NCBI GenBank assembly: GCA_963701855.1
Contig: CAVPBK010000001.1
Span: forward strand, 146,579 to 210,578
Length of the DNA stretch: 64,000 bases
Direction of reading: 5' to 3'
Origin: Nitrospirota bacterium
Lineage (GTDB): Bacteria; Nitrospirota; Nitrospiria; Nitrospirales; Nitrospiraceae
Shown here piece by piece: positions 30,684 through 40,419 of the stretch. Positions within the stretch are counted from its first letter, which is position 1. Each line of letters starts with the position of its first letter. The notes below the pieces were generated by a model. It searched no databases. It saw nothing but the letters and a program-made list of their open reading frames with translations, and had not been told where the DNA came from. A program made the translations under genes and the position numbers.

Positions 30684-31523
30684 CTAATACGGTGCATCCG
30701 CTGGCTTGCCGCCCTTCGGCCAATCGTTCGATTTGCCTGGAAAATCCGGCCGCGGTTGAGCGTTGATATAGGCGGCGACATCGTATGCATCGTCATCCGA
30801 CAGGCTCCAGCCCCAGCTACGCGGCATGTTCGATTTGATAAAAGCGGCAGCAACGCTCACCTGCACCATGCCTGAGCCAATCGTGTAGGACTGCGGCCCC
30901 CACACCGGCGGCGCCGTCATCGTTCCCAGGCCGTCGGAGCCATGACAGAAGACACATTTGCTCGCAAACACTTTCTTACCGTTGTCTGAATCGAGTGGTC
31001 GCTGTGAGGCAATGCGCTGGAGGCCCCGCCAAGGCAACGTCGCACCGCTCGGCACTCCGCGTGAGAGCCAGGTGATATAGGCCACGACGGCCTGGAGCTT
31101 GGAACTGTCCGGCGGAAGCGCTCGCCCATTCAGGTTCCGTTCGAAACACTCGTTGACACGATCAGCGAGCGTATTCACCCGCCCGCTGCGGGGACGGTAC
31201 TCGGGATAGACCGCGGCAAGACCGACGAATGAGGCGGCGTTCGGGTTGAGCCCGCCGTCGAGATGACAGTTGGTGCAGTTGAGGCGATTGCCGGCATAAG
31301 GCTGGCCATACTCCTGTGTATTGACAACAATCAGATAACCAAGCCGAATCTGTTCACCAAGTTGACTCCCTGGAATAGTTTCCGGAGAGGGCGGAGAAAA
31401 TTCTATCGGCGTACTGCCGGTTTGACCGGCCCCACGAGGCTCCTCGGTCATGACCCGAGCACTCTCGCCTGAACAGCTCAAGAGCACAGCCACCCCAAGA
31501 ATAGCTGACAACAGCCGTATCAT
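30684..31523 (-). CDS. tsdA: TsdA-like dihaem thiosulfate dehydrogenase (lipoprotein)
   Basis: GNRLNCTNCH, YPEYRPRSG, RVNECFERNLNG (Cys ligand), CVFCH, PPVWGPQSY, FIKSNMP. Confidence 0.8.
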   Translation of the reverse strand: MIRLLSAILGVAVLLSCSGESARVMTEEPRGAGQTGSTPIEFSPPSPETIPGSQLGEQIRLGYLIVVNTQEYGQPYAGNRLNCTNCHLDGGLNPNAASFVGLAAVYPEYRPRSGRVNTLADRVNECFERNLNGRALPPDSSKLQAVVAYITWLSRGVPSGATLPWRGLQRIASQRPLDSDNGKKVFASKCVFCHGSDGLGTMTAPPVWGPQSYTIGSGMVQVSVAAAFIKSNMPRSWGWSLSDDDAYDVAAYINAQPRPDFPGKSNDWPKGGKPADAPY

Positions 31524-31696
31524 GCTTCTCTCTTGTGCCAAGACTGTGCCACTAACAGAGGTAACTAGCCTATTATTTATCCCGTCAAATCAGCCGATTA
31601 GCCGTCAACGTCCGATCGCCCTGGAGCTAAAAGCCACAGTGCTGACCCAGTGATTGTTGCGGGATGCCACAGGAGACTAGCGAGGGGCTCACCGAC

Positions 31697-31729
31697 CGGC
31701 CATCGTAGCCGAAATGGCTACGATGGCCG
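31697..31729. terminator. perfect 14-bp stem-loop downstream of sodC (no U tract)
   Basis: CGGCCATCGTAGCC-GAAAT-GGCTACGATGGCCG. Confidence 0.4.
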
Positions 31730-31790
31730 TGAACGACAGACTATCCGGCAAAGGAGAATAATGAAGATTTGATCAAGCGTAGGCGAGCGT

Positions 31791-32372
31791 TCACTCCTTC
31801 ACAATCACACCGCACGCGATGCGAGGCCCGCCTGGCGCATCCTTTGTCACAGGATCAGGCAGATACTTATCGTCAAACTCATGGATAATGAAGGCGCTCC
31901 CATCCTTATCGAAGAGGGTGTTCAACCCCTCGGACAAAGTCACCCTGCTCGTGATTGTATACAGCGACCCGTTCCGATCATCGTTCACGGAGAGGTTCTG
32001 GAGATCGCCGAGATGGTAGGGATGGTTCCCTAATCCTGGTGTGACGTTCGCCTCCGGATTTATTGCCGCATCCACATTCCCATCATAATGCCCCTTAGCC
32101 GCTGCGAAGGGTTCACAGTTGCCGACCTCGTGAATGTGGATCGCATGGCGTCCTGGCTTCAACTTGCTTTCCGGCGTGCCGGTGAGCTTCAGCTTGATCG
32201 TGACGCGCCCTTCATACTTCTCATAGAGATGCGCCTCGCCCGTAATACCGGGACCGGCGATGACGGCCTTCGCATGCAAGGGGGTCTCGAGCTTGCCCTT
32301 ATAATACGAGCAGCCGGCAAACGGCACGAGTGCCGACACCACAATCGCAGTTCCCACAAGTATCCGATTCAT
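31791..32372 (-). CDS. sodC: Cu/Zn superoxide dismutase, lipoprotein
   Basis: HAIHIHE, KGHYD, HLGDLQN, FIIHE, GGPRIACGVI; lipobox FAGC. Confidence 0.93.
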   Translation of the reverse strand: MNRILVGTAIVVSALVPFAGCSYYKGKLETPLHAKAVIAGPGITGEAHLYEKYEGRVTIKLKLTGTPESKLKPGRHAIHIHEVGNCEPFAAAKGHYDGNVDAAINPEANVTPGLGNHPYHLGDLQNLSVNDDRNGSLYTITSRVTLSEGLNTLFDKDGSAFIIHEFDDKYLPDPVTKDAPGGPRIACGVIVKE

Positions 32373-32437
32373 GCATCCTCCTTGGTTATTCGATTCTCAG
32401 ACGACACGACCGGCCTTAATTCGGTCGATCGGGTATC

Positions 32438-32607
32438 CTAGCAGAATGTTGAAAAAGTTCGCCAACAGCTTTTGTTCATTTGGTCTGTTCGGTCTATTTG
32501 GTTTATCTGATTGATCTGGTTTGTTTTGTTTATCTGGTTGATTTCGTTCATCCGGTTAGTTTCGTTCAACCAACAACCAAACAAACCAAATGAACCAGAT
32601 TAACTAG
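32438..32607. repeat. MITE-like end plus 9-nt-periodic hairpin
   Basis: CTAGCAGAATGTTGAAAAAGTTCGCCA, then TYTGGTT units, core GGTTAGTTTCGTTCAACCA and AACCA units. Confidence 0.8.
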
Positions 32608-32638
32608 TTTCGCCTCACGCCATGTATAGAGGCTCAGT

Positions 32639-33748
32639 TCATCCCAGTTGGTTCTCCGAGGCGCAGGCTTTGCTGTACAATTCAACTCGGTTCCGCCCTC
32701 TGTGCTTGGCGTAATACATGGCCTGATCCGCGCGAGTCACGAGTGTCTCGACCTGATCGATTTCCGGAGATAACATCACGACCCCGATACTGACCGTTAC
32801 CACGGTGGAATGATGCTCCCACGTAAACTGCTCCTGTGCGATTTTTAACCTAATGCGCTCGGCAATCTGCAGGGCGCCGGATTGATAGCACTCCACCAAT
32901 CCAATCACAAACTCCTCACCCCCGTAGCGGCCCATGATATCGGGCGGACGGATGATTCCCCTGGCCAACTGCACTATATGGAGCAACACGTGATCGCCGA
33001 ACAGATGCCCATGCCGGTCATTGATCTCTTTGAAGTGATCCACATCGAGAAACAACAGCGCGAACGGGCGCTCATAACGGCGGCTCCTGTGAAACTCCAT
33101 GGCCAGCGCCTCCATCAGTGCGCGCCGGTTGTCCACCGGCGTAAGAGCGTCCCGTCGGGAGAAGTCTTCAAGCTGCCGATGGGCGTCCTTCAGTCGATGC
33201 AGGCTGTCTTCCAAACGCTGCATCGTCGCATAGTAATAGGTCTCCACGACAAAGATCTCATCGAGGGTGAGGATCTTGTTCAGCGTGAGGACCAATGAGG
33301 ACAGCCTGCTCGCGTCTCCCGAATAACGAACCGCGAGCCGTTGCAGGATGAACCCGAAGAGCTTGTGGTACGCGCCCAAATACCACTTCTGCTTGAGTCC
33401 GACTCGTTCGTGAGTGAGTCCAATCTGAAGCCGTGCCTCCGCATACGCGACGCCATCGCCGAGTTCCCCAAGGCTGAGTAAATACTGGCGCTGTGTCCCC
33501 TTGAGTCGCTCCACGAGTTTCGCATCGGACAAGATCCCGCGTAATTCCTCGAATTGCAGCAAGTGATCGTAGAAGTCCCGGATGATCTCGTCCACATGTG
33601 ACACGATCACATCGCGGATCTCGACAAGGTTCCGCCCGTCTTGTTCACCAAAGGAAAGAAATGCCAGCCTGGTCTGCAGCTCCTCCCCTGTGATCTGCAG
33701 TTGATCGCACAGACTGCTCGCCGCCTGCTCGCCCTGTTGTTCAGCCAT
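32639..33748 (-). CDS. globin-coupled diguanylate cyclase (DosC-like)
   Basis: sensor globin (FYDHL..RLQIGLTHERVGLKQKWYLGAY) plus GGDEF domain (DVDHFKEINDRHGH, RYGGEEF). Confidence 0.92.
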   Translation of the reverse strand: MAEQQGEQAASSLCDQLQITGEELQTRLAFLSFGEQDGRNLVEIRDVIVSHVDEIIRDFYDHLLQFEELRGILSDAKLVERLKGTQRQYLLSLGELGDGVAYAEARLQIGLTHERVGLKQKWYLGAYHKLFGFILQRLAVRYSGDASRLSSLVLTLNKILTLDEIFVVETYYYATMQRLEDSLHRLKDAHRQLEDFSRRDALTPVDNRRALMEALAMEFHRSRRYERPFALLFLDVDHFKEINDRHGHLFGDHVLLHIVQLARGIIRPPDIMGRYGGEEFVIGLVECYQSGALQIAERIRLKIAQEQFTWEHHSTVVTVSIGVVMLSPEIDQVETLVTRADQAMYYAKHRGRNRVELYSKACASENQLG

Positions 33749-33806
33749 ATGGACTTTCACTCGCACGACGCGCAAGCCCTAATTCCATGTGTCTCGTGTT
33801 TCCCGT

Positions 33807-34280
33807 TTAACGCTCCGCCGAGAATCGATATAAATCATGGCATCCTGTGCAGCGGGCCGTCATGCTGGAGAGGCGCTGGAGAATCTGTTGGGGGGTCTCT
33901 TTCTGGACAATCGCATCTGCGAGGGCATCCATGTCCTTGTGGATCGACATACCCATTTGCTTGAACGGCAGCGGCAGCTTCGCCATGAGCGCCGGGTTTA
34001 CGTCAGCAGCCATGTGCATTCCAGCCGAACGGGCCGCCTGTTCAATCTGCGCTCGATTTGCCTCCTGATCCTGGCCGGCCAAGCCTGTGACCACGCCATG
34101 AACCGCCTTCAGGAGCATCCGCATCTCGCCCAAGATCAAGTCTCGCTCTGCCGGCGCCAATACGACTTGCATCCGTCCATCTGTGCCTTCCGTCGTCCAC
34201 CCTTGCACGAAGAACCAGCCGGCTAGCGCAATCGTCACGATCCACAGCCCCAACACGACTCGGCAGAGCGTCGATCTCAT
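33807..34280 (-). CDS. cytochrome c'-like (class II) protein
   Basis: N-terminal TM/signal, helical body, C-terminal CTGCH. Confidence 0.82.
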   Translation of the reverse strand: MRSTLCRVVLGLWIVTIALAGWFFVQGWTTEGTDGRMQVVLAPAERDLILGEMRMLLKAVHGVVTGLAGQDQEANRAQIEQAARSAGMHMAADVNPALMAKLPLPFKQMGMSIHKDMDALADAIVQKETPQQILQRLSSMTARCTGCHDLYRFSAER

Positions 34281-34657
34281 CGAAGCCCGCTGCCCATGCC
34301 GCCGGTTTGTTCAGGAGCCAGAGTTCTCACATAGGCGAGCACATCCCAAATCTCATCGTCTGTGAGTGCTTCCCTCCAGGCTCCCATCGCAGTATTCTGC
34401 CTGCCGTCATGCACGCTCTTAAATAGCCTCGCGTCCAGCTTTTCTTGAACCGCCAGGGAGGTGAGGTCAGCGACTGGAGGTGTGAATTTCATCTGCCCAT
34501 CTCCCTTCCCGTCGACCCCATGACAACGGATACAGATCGTCGAATAGATGACTCTGCCGCTGAGCACATCACGCTCCGGCTGAGACACATTCAATTCTTT
34601 CATGCTTGCGCCTCCGGCTAACGCCAAAAGCGCAACTCCGACAAGTACAGCTTTCAT
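34277..34657 (-). CDS. monohaem cytochrome c
   Basis: GGAGG RBS, signal peptide, CIRCH, PPVADLT, TAMGAW. Confidence 0.9.
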   Translation of the reverse strand: MKAVLVGVALLALAGGASMKELNVSQPERDVLSGRVIYSTICIRCHGVDGKGDGQMKFTPPVADLTSLAVQEKLDARLFKSVHDGRQNTAMGAWREALTDDEIWDVLAYVRTLAPEQTGGMGSGLR

Positions 34658-34932
34658 CGTGTCGCCTCCCACCCTTCTTATCCGATGACTATCCTTGCGA
34701 GTGAGATGCCAGCCAGGCGTGGAAATGGGCGAGGCTAAACCTCCGCACAAACAATGCGTTAGAAGCGGGAACTCGGAGGCGACACCGACAGATCCGTCGC
34801 AAGTGGCGAGAAAGACCCCGATCGAGTATCTGGTCACTGTCGCAAGACGCCACAGAAGAAAGGCACTGCCACGCTGCGGAAAACCAATTTAGACAGGGCA
34901 GAACATCGATGGCTTGCACGTCTGGGACAAGC

Positions 34933-34991
34933 CCGGTCTGTCTGGTTCAACCAAATAAACGAGACAAACCAGAGAAACCAGATGAACCGGG
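34933..34991. repeat. short 9-nt-periodic palindromic repeat
   Basis: GTCTGGTTCAACCAAATAAACGAGACAAACCAGAGAAACCAGATGAACCGG. Confidence 0.7.
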
Positions 34992-35002
34992 TTAAGCTTT
35001 CA

Positions 35003-35031
35003 GTGACAACTCAAAAGGGGTTGGCTATACT
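35003..35031 (+). promoter_or_regulatory. sigma70-like promoter of hicBA
   Basis: GTGACA-N17-TATACT, about 40 bp before the hicB ATG. Confidence 0.6.
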
Positions 35032-35073
35032 GCTAAAGCGATTGCAGCCCCCGAACTGAGAGGTGACAGATCC

Positions 35074-35298
35074 ATGGCGAACAACAGCTATACGGCAATT
35101 GTTGAAAAAGAAGGCGACCTATATGTGGCGCTCTGCCCAGAATTAGACGTGGCCAGCCAGGGAGCGACAATTGAAGGGGCAACATCCAATCTCAAGGAAG
35201 CGGTCGAATTGTTCCTTGAAACCGCTGACGCGGCGGAAATAAAACATCGGCTTCATACCGAAGTGTTCATCACACGCTTCGAAGCGGCGCATGGGTAA
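35074..35298 (+). CDS. hicB: HicB family antitoxin (short)
   Basis: YTAIVEKEGDLYVALCPELDVASQGATIEGA..NLKEAVELFLE. Confidence 0.9.
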   Translation: MANNSYTAIVEKEGDLYVALCPELDVASQGATIEGATSNLKEAVELFLETADAAEIKHRLHTEVFITRFEAAHG

Positions 35299-35512
35299 AC
35301 TGCGCGTTCTTTCCGGTCGAGATGCCTGCCGGATTCTTGAAAAACACGGCTTTCGCGAGGTCAGGCGACGCGGTAGTCATGTGGTGATGCAGCAGAGAAC
35401 CGACGCGGGGACCGTCACAGTCCCGATTCCTGATCACCCGGAACTCGCCATCGGCACACTCCTTTCGATCATCCGGCAGAGCGGCATCACCCGCACAGAA
35501 TTCGAGCTCTGA
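35291..35512 (+). CDS. hicA: HicA family toxin
   Basis: LEKHGFREVRRRGSHVVM..VPIPDHPELAIGTLLSIIRQSG. Confidence 0.92.
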   Translation: MGKLRVLSGRDACRILEKHGFREVRRRGSHVVMQQRTDAGTVTVPIPDHPELAIGTLLSIIRQSGITRTEFEL

Positions 35513-36112
35513 CACCCGACCGATCCCCTCCCCGCCATATCGGCTTCCGCACGTAAACGAGATCTGGCCCCGATTCCGAGCGGTGCCTGTCCCCCTTCTT
35601 GTTCCACGGCTGTTAAGCCAGCTTCGGAAGATGGCCGCTAAGCAAGGGAAGCCCTATCAGTCACTGATTCATGAACTCTCAGAAAAGGCCGCCTCCAAAG
35701 CCGCGTGAGAGCATCTTGCCCGCAGTCATTCATTGTTCTCGTTCATCTGGTTCATTTGGTTTCTTTGGTTCGCCTAGTGGGCTTGCCGGTCCGGCCAACA
35801 AGATAGACCAGAACCCACCAACCACGTCTCGCATCGAAGCCCTGGTCGCTCTCGCGTGAACGTAAAGATGCGAGGTCAAGCAAAGACCCCAGTGCTTGCC
35901 TTCGATGGGAAGGATAAGCCGTATATCAATCCGTGCAAATACTTGGATTTCACCATTCTGCTGAGTTGACACCCGCAAGTAGCAGGTCGTAGCCTGCTTT
36001 TGTTTCACTCCTCATTTATTACTTCTTGCAGATTCAGTCAAAGATGCGAAAGTTATGCTAATTAGAAAAATGCATAAGCGATGTTGGTTAGCAGGGGGAC
36101 GGGGACAATGAT

Positions 36113-39100
36113 ATGTGGGACGTAGGCTGGGTCAGACTGTTTCAACCTCTTATCTCTGTGGTGCGGGCAGCCGCGCAATACAAAACACGCCTGTCTAGGG
36201 AGCGACAAGCGGGACGTAGGTTGTTTGAATCGCATGAAGACAAGCTGATTGACGCTGAGTTCGATAAGACGATCGCTCGTCTGAGAGGAGAGGAAGTAGA
36301 AGATCGTTGGCTGAGTCAGATTCGGACATTCATTGAGCACCCACTCGTTACCCCTCAATTCCTTCGTGAACAAGATATAAGAGATTGGCTCGCTGAAGAT
36401 CGTGTTCGTTGCGATTTGAAGGCATTGGCGTCTGCTCGCCTCTTAGGTGTTGTTGAAGATGATAACAATGTGAAACAGCGGCTTATCCAAGCCCATTCAA
36501 GTATTTCAGGTAAGCCCAAGGCATTCGCCGTTGAAGCAATCGACAGCGTAGTGGCGATCCTTGTCGCTGGCTACAGGGCTAGCCTCAAGGGACCGTTGGC
36601 TCCCGTAGCAGGGCTGATCCAGGCAGGTGTCACAGAGCAGAGAGAGGGATTCGGAAGAGTGAGTCAGGAAATCTCTGGTGTTGGCGAGAGGCTCGATAAG
36701 CTTGGCCCAGACAACATAGTAGTAACAGCCCATACGAATCAAGCCACAAGAGAGCTAGACCGTATTATCAAGAGGCGTGGGCTTTTCGGTGATCGCGCAC
36801 GTGAAGAAATTCGCGTGCTAGTTCAGCAAATCGTGAAGGACGACCTCCGTTACGCGGATCAAGGATCAAACAAAACCTCTCCTGGGCGGCACGGCTTCAC
36901 ACTGCTGATGTTCAACATATCCCATCTGCAAGAAGCTACCTCGGTCAACTCCGCAAGCTTGATCCTGGATATGACACTCGAATTGTCAACGCATACATCA
37001 TGGAAAGGGAAGGCGATATTAATGGGGCGCTGCATCTGTTGCGAGATATCAATGATCCTGATGGGCATTCTGCTCTTTGGTCAGTCCTAAGTCGGACACG
37101 CGGTAAAGAGGCTGCGCTGCTTTCGTTTGAGGAGCAACCAGGGCATGAAGATGCTGGATTCCTAACTGGCTTAGGATGGTCAAACTTGGCATTTTCACTG
37201 GCCGAGATGGATGAGTGGGAGAAAGCATGTGATTTACTCGCAGGTGTTCAGGGGCATTTAGTTGAATGGCCAGACCTCGCATTTGTCGAAGGGGTTATCA
37301 ACGCGGCCATGCTACTTCCGCTCGAGGTGCGGGATATGGCTCTTCGAATGAATATCTTTCACCCACAAATACATACGATCAAAGGGCCTGACGTAGACCA
37401 GCGACGGGTTCGTGCCCATAGTTGTTTTGAGCAAGCCGAAAAACTCATGACCGAGATCGGCGAGGATAAACGGGCAGAGGTAGCGAAAGTCTGGTTGTTG
37501 TGGCTCAGACTCACGGACGAGAAAGAAGAGATTGCAGAGGCAGCGCGGGGGGAGTGCGAGAGGCCATGAAAGATCCTGCACGGGCTGTTGATTTTCTGCC
37601 TTTCGCCCTTGCATTCGGAGTTGATTTTGATAGGGGCCCACTCCAGCGTTACCTTATACAGCGGACGAAGATGGGTGGTTTGGAGGGACAGGAGGTTGTT
37701 GCCGAATTCCTTTTGGCCGAAACCACTATGACTGCCCGCGAGCACGCGAATTTTCTAGAGCGAGAAGAGGGTCGCCTGGCCATGGAAGTTCCAATAGCGA
37801 CTCTTGCGGGGAAAAGAATTGAGGCGCTGCTAGCAGATGGGCAGATTGCCCGATCAAAGCATGTGTTGGAAGAGCACAAGAGTGACTTCGCTGAAAATGA
37901 CTACGATCGTCTTCGTGCCATGATCCATAAGAAAGAGGGGGGAGATCTCAGAACCACATTTGAAGAGATTTATTCACGGACTGGACTATTGTTCGACTTG
38001 CAGAATCTCATTCAAGAAATTGGACAGGGTCGGGATTGGGTAACATTATGTCCGTTGTTAGAAAAGCTGTTCCAGCTTGAACGAACCAGGGACAACGCGA
38101 GTCGGCTTGTCGATTGCATGCAGCGTGATCCAAAGTCCGGATATGCTTCTATCGTTACATTCTTCCAAGAAAACCCGGGTGTGTCCGATTGGGGTGACGA
38201 TCTCAAGTCCGCCAACGCATGGGCACTTTTCTATATGGGTCGGTCAATAGAAGCTCGGGTAATAAATGACCAGCTTCTCAATACCCGAAACAATCCAGCT
38301 GATCTTCAGCTCGATATGAATCTTGCCATTCAGTCGGGAGACTGGGAGCGATTCCCAGCGATCGTCGATCGTGAATGGGACAAGCGAGATACATATGATG
38401 CCAATCTACTACTTCGCCTAGCGTTGTTAGCTGCTGAAGCTGATCCAATCACTAGTAGCCAGCAATCGAGCTTGCCAAGCTCGCGGCAAGCAAGGCACCG
38501 AATGATCCAAGCGTGCTCATGAATGCCTATTCGCTCACTGTTTCAATGGGGCGAGACCATGACGCAGATCCATCATGGATGGCTCGAGCGGTAGAGTTGT
38601 CCTCGGACAGTGGTCCGGTCCATCGAGTGGACATGCGTACTCTTGTTCAGGAGATGATGCCTGCCCACCGTGAGCGTGAACGATTAATCGAGCGCAACTT
38701 ACTCCAAGGGGAGGTGCCTCTGCATATGGCGGCAGCCGTGCTCCATATGCCACTGTCGCGGATACTCATTGACCTACCACGGCGGAATGCGGAACAGGGT
38801 GATGGCCGCCGCCGTGTGATTATTCCGATAGTTTCAGGGGCGCGACAGATCATCGGACTTCAACCGTCCTGGGTAGTGGGGCTAGATGTCACCTCCCTAA
38901 TGGTGCTGGGATTTTTGGGCCTCCTCCGAAACATCCTGAAAGCTTTCAACTGTATTATTCTTGCCCCTGAGACCATGGTTGTTCTTCTCAACGAACGGCG
39001 ACGTGTGCGCTTTCATCAACCATCGCGCATCAACAGCGCTGAAGAGATTCGTGATCTCATTGAAAAAGGTCAGCTAAGGCCTGTGACGTCATCTATGGAA

Positions 39101-40419
39101 CCACCACCGTGGCTTGTCGAGGAGGTGGGGCCGCACCTTGCTGAAATGCTTGAAGCTCGCCCATATCAATAATGGCCGCGTAGTTCGTCCTCGTCCTATA
39201 TACCAATTGCGCACATTTCTTGAGAAAGAAGCTGACCTGAAGGATTATGACAAACTAATTTTGTCGACCACGGACTGTAGGACGCCTTCTTGTTGAGGAC
39301 AGGGAAAATTAGTCGTGAGATATATGTGAAGGCTGAGGAAGTATCTGGTTGCACACGAGCAAAGGCCAGGAAGTCAACACGCTTCACAGCTTGCTTCCAT
39401 TTTCGGCGCTCCTCCTAATATCTCGATGACCTCGCCGCTACATACCTACAGCAAGCTGGGCTCCTCGCAGTCGGTGTGTCGTTGCGGTGTTAGATCTTTG
39501 GGTCCATCCATCCATGAGAGAAGAGCAGTCTGCTCTTGTGGTCGCGAACAGAGAGGGTGAGCGTCTTAATGAAAAAATAGACGACATTCGGTCTGTACTA
39601 CGAGAAGCCCTAGACAATAGTAAGGCCGTTTTTCTGCCGCGACATGATGTCGATGATGAGATGATCGGATCTCTGTCAGGATTTCTTGCCGACACTGGAC
39701 CGTGCGATATTGTCTGCATCGATGACCGATACCTGAATCGCCATGGTCTCCTCACAGACAAAAAGGGACGCAATGTGCCGATCACATGCACTCTGGATCT
39801 AATTAGTTACCTGGAAGCTCAGGGATTAATAGATGTCGAGAAGAAACGTGCGACCTTGCATCGACTCCGGGAGGCGGGCTTCGCTCTGGTACCGGTAGAC
39901 CCTGATGAGCTTGAGCAATTGTTGCGGGCAGCACTATTTGATCAGGACAACCAATTGATCGAAAGTTCCGAGCTAAGGGCTATCCGACAGCTCCTTATGC
40001 GCATTCGCAGCTCGGATATGGTCCAGTGCCCACTTGAGACACCCTATCTCACCAGGCTACATCTTGCTTGTATCCTCACAATTCGCTCCCTATGGCAAGA
40101 CGATAATATGCCTGTAGATCGGACAGTGGCTCTTACCAACTGGGTTTGGGTAAACGTGGTACCTTCACCAATTGACTGGGAGCGAACAGTTCACGACGGC
40201 ATTCCAGTTCGAGAACAATATGTCAGGCACCTGACCCCCCTGTTCAGTCCCATGGGACGCCTAAAACCAACGCGCTATAAGGCATTCTTAAAATGGATTG
40301 AGCAAGCTGTGTTGGAGCCATTGTTGCCAGCCAATGATAGCTTGATTGACGATCTGGCCAAGCAACTAAAGATTGAAATCGGCCAGTTAGTCGAGAGGTT
40401 GAGTGATGGGAGTAGATAG
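36113..40419 (+). pseudogene. large (~1,400 aa reconstructed) helical-repeat/TPR protein with two PIN-like segments; multiple frameshifts
   Basis: consecutive overlapping + strand ORFs join by frame changes near 36870, 37550, 38455, 39160 and 39280-39490; PIN-like starts VVGLDVTSLMVLGFLGLL and YLDDLAATYLQQAGLL, with a later VCIDDRYL. Confidence 0.65.

Noticed and set aside
31536..31551. sigma54-like motif TGGCACAGTCTTGGCA before tsdA
   Set aside because: The spacing fits, but it would place the transcription start almost on the start codon and the -12 element is imperfect; too uncertain to call.
32471..32607. Periodic repeats as a CRISPR array
   Set aside because: Units are 6-9 nt, degenerate and arranged as hairpins with no unique spacers; no cas genes are present.
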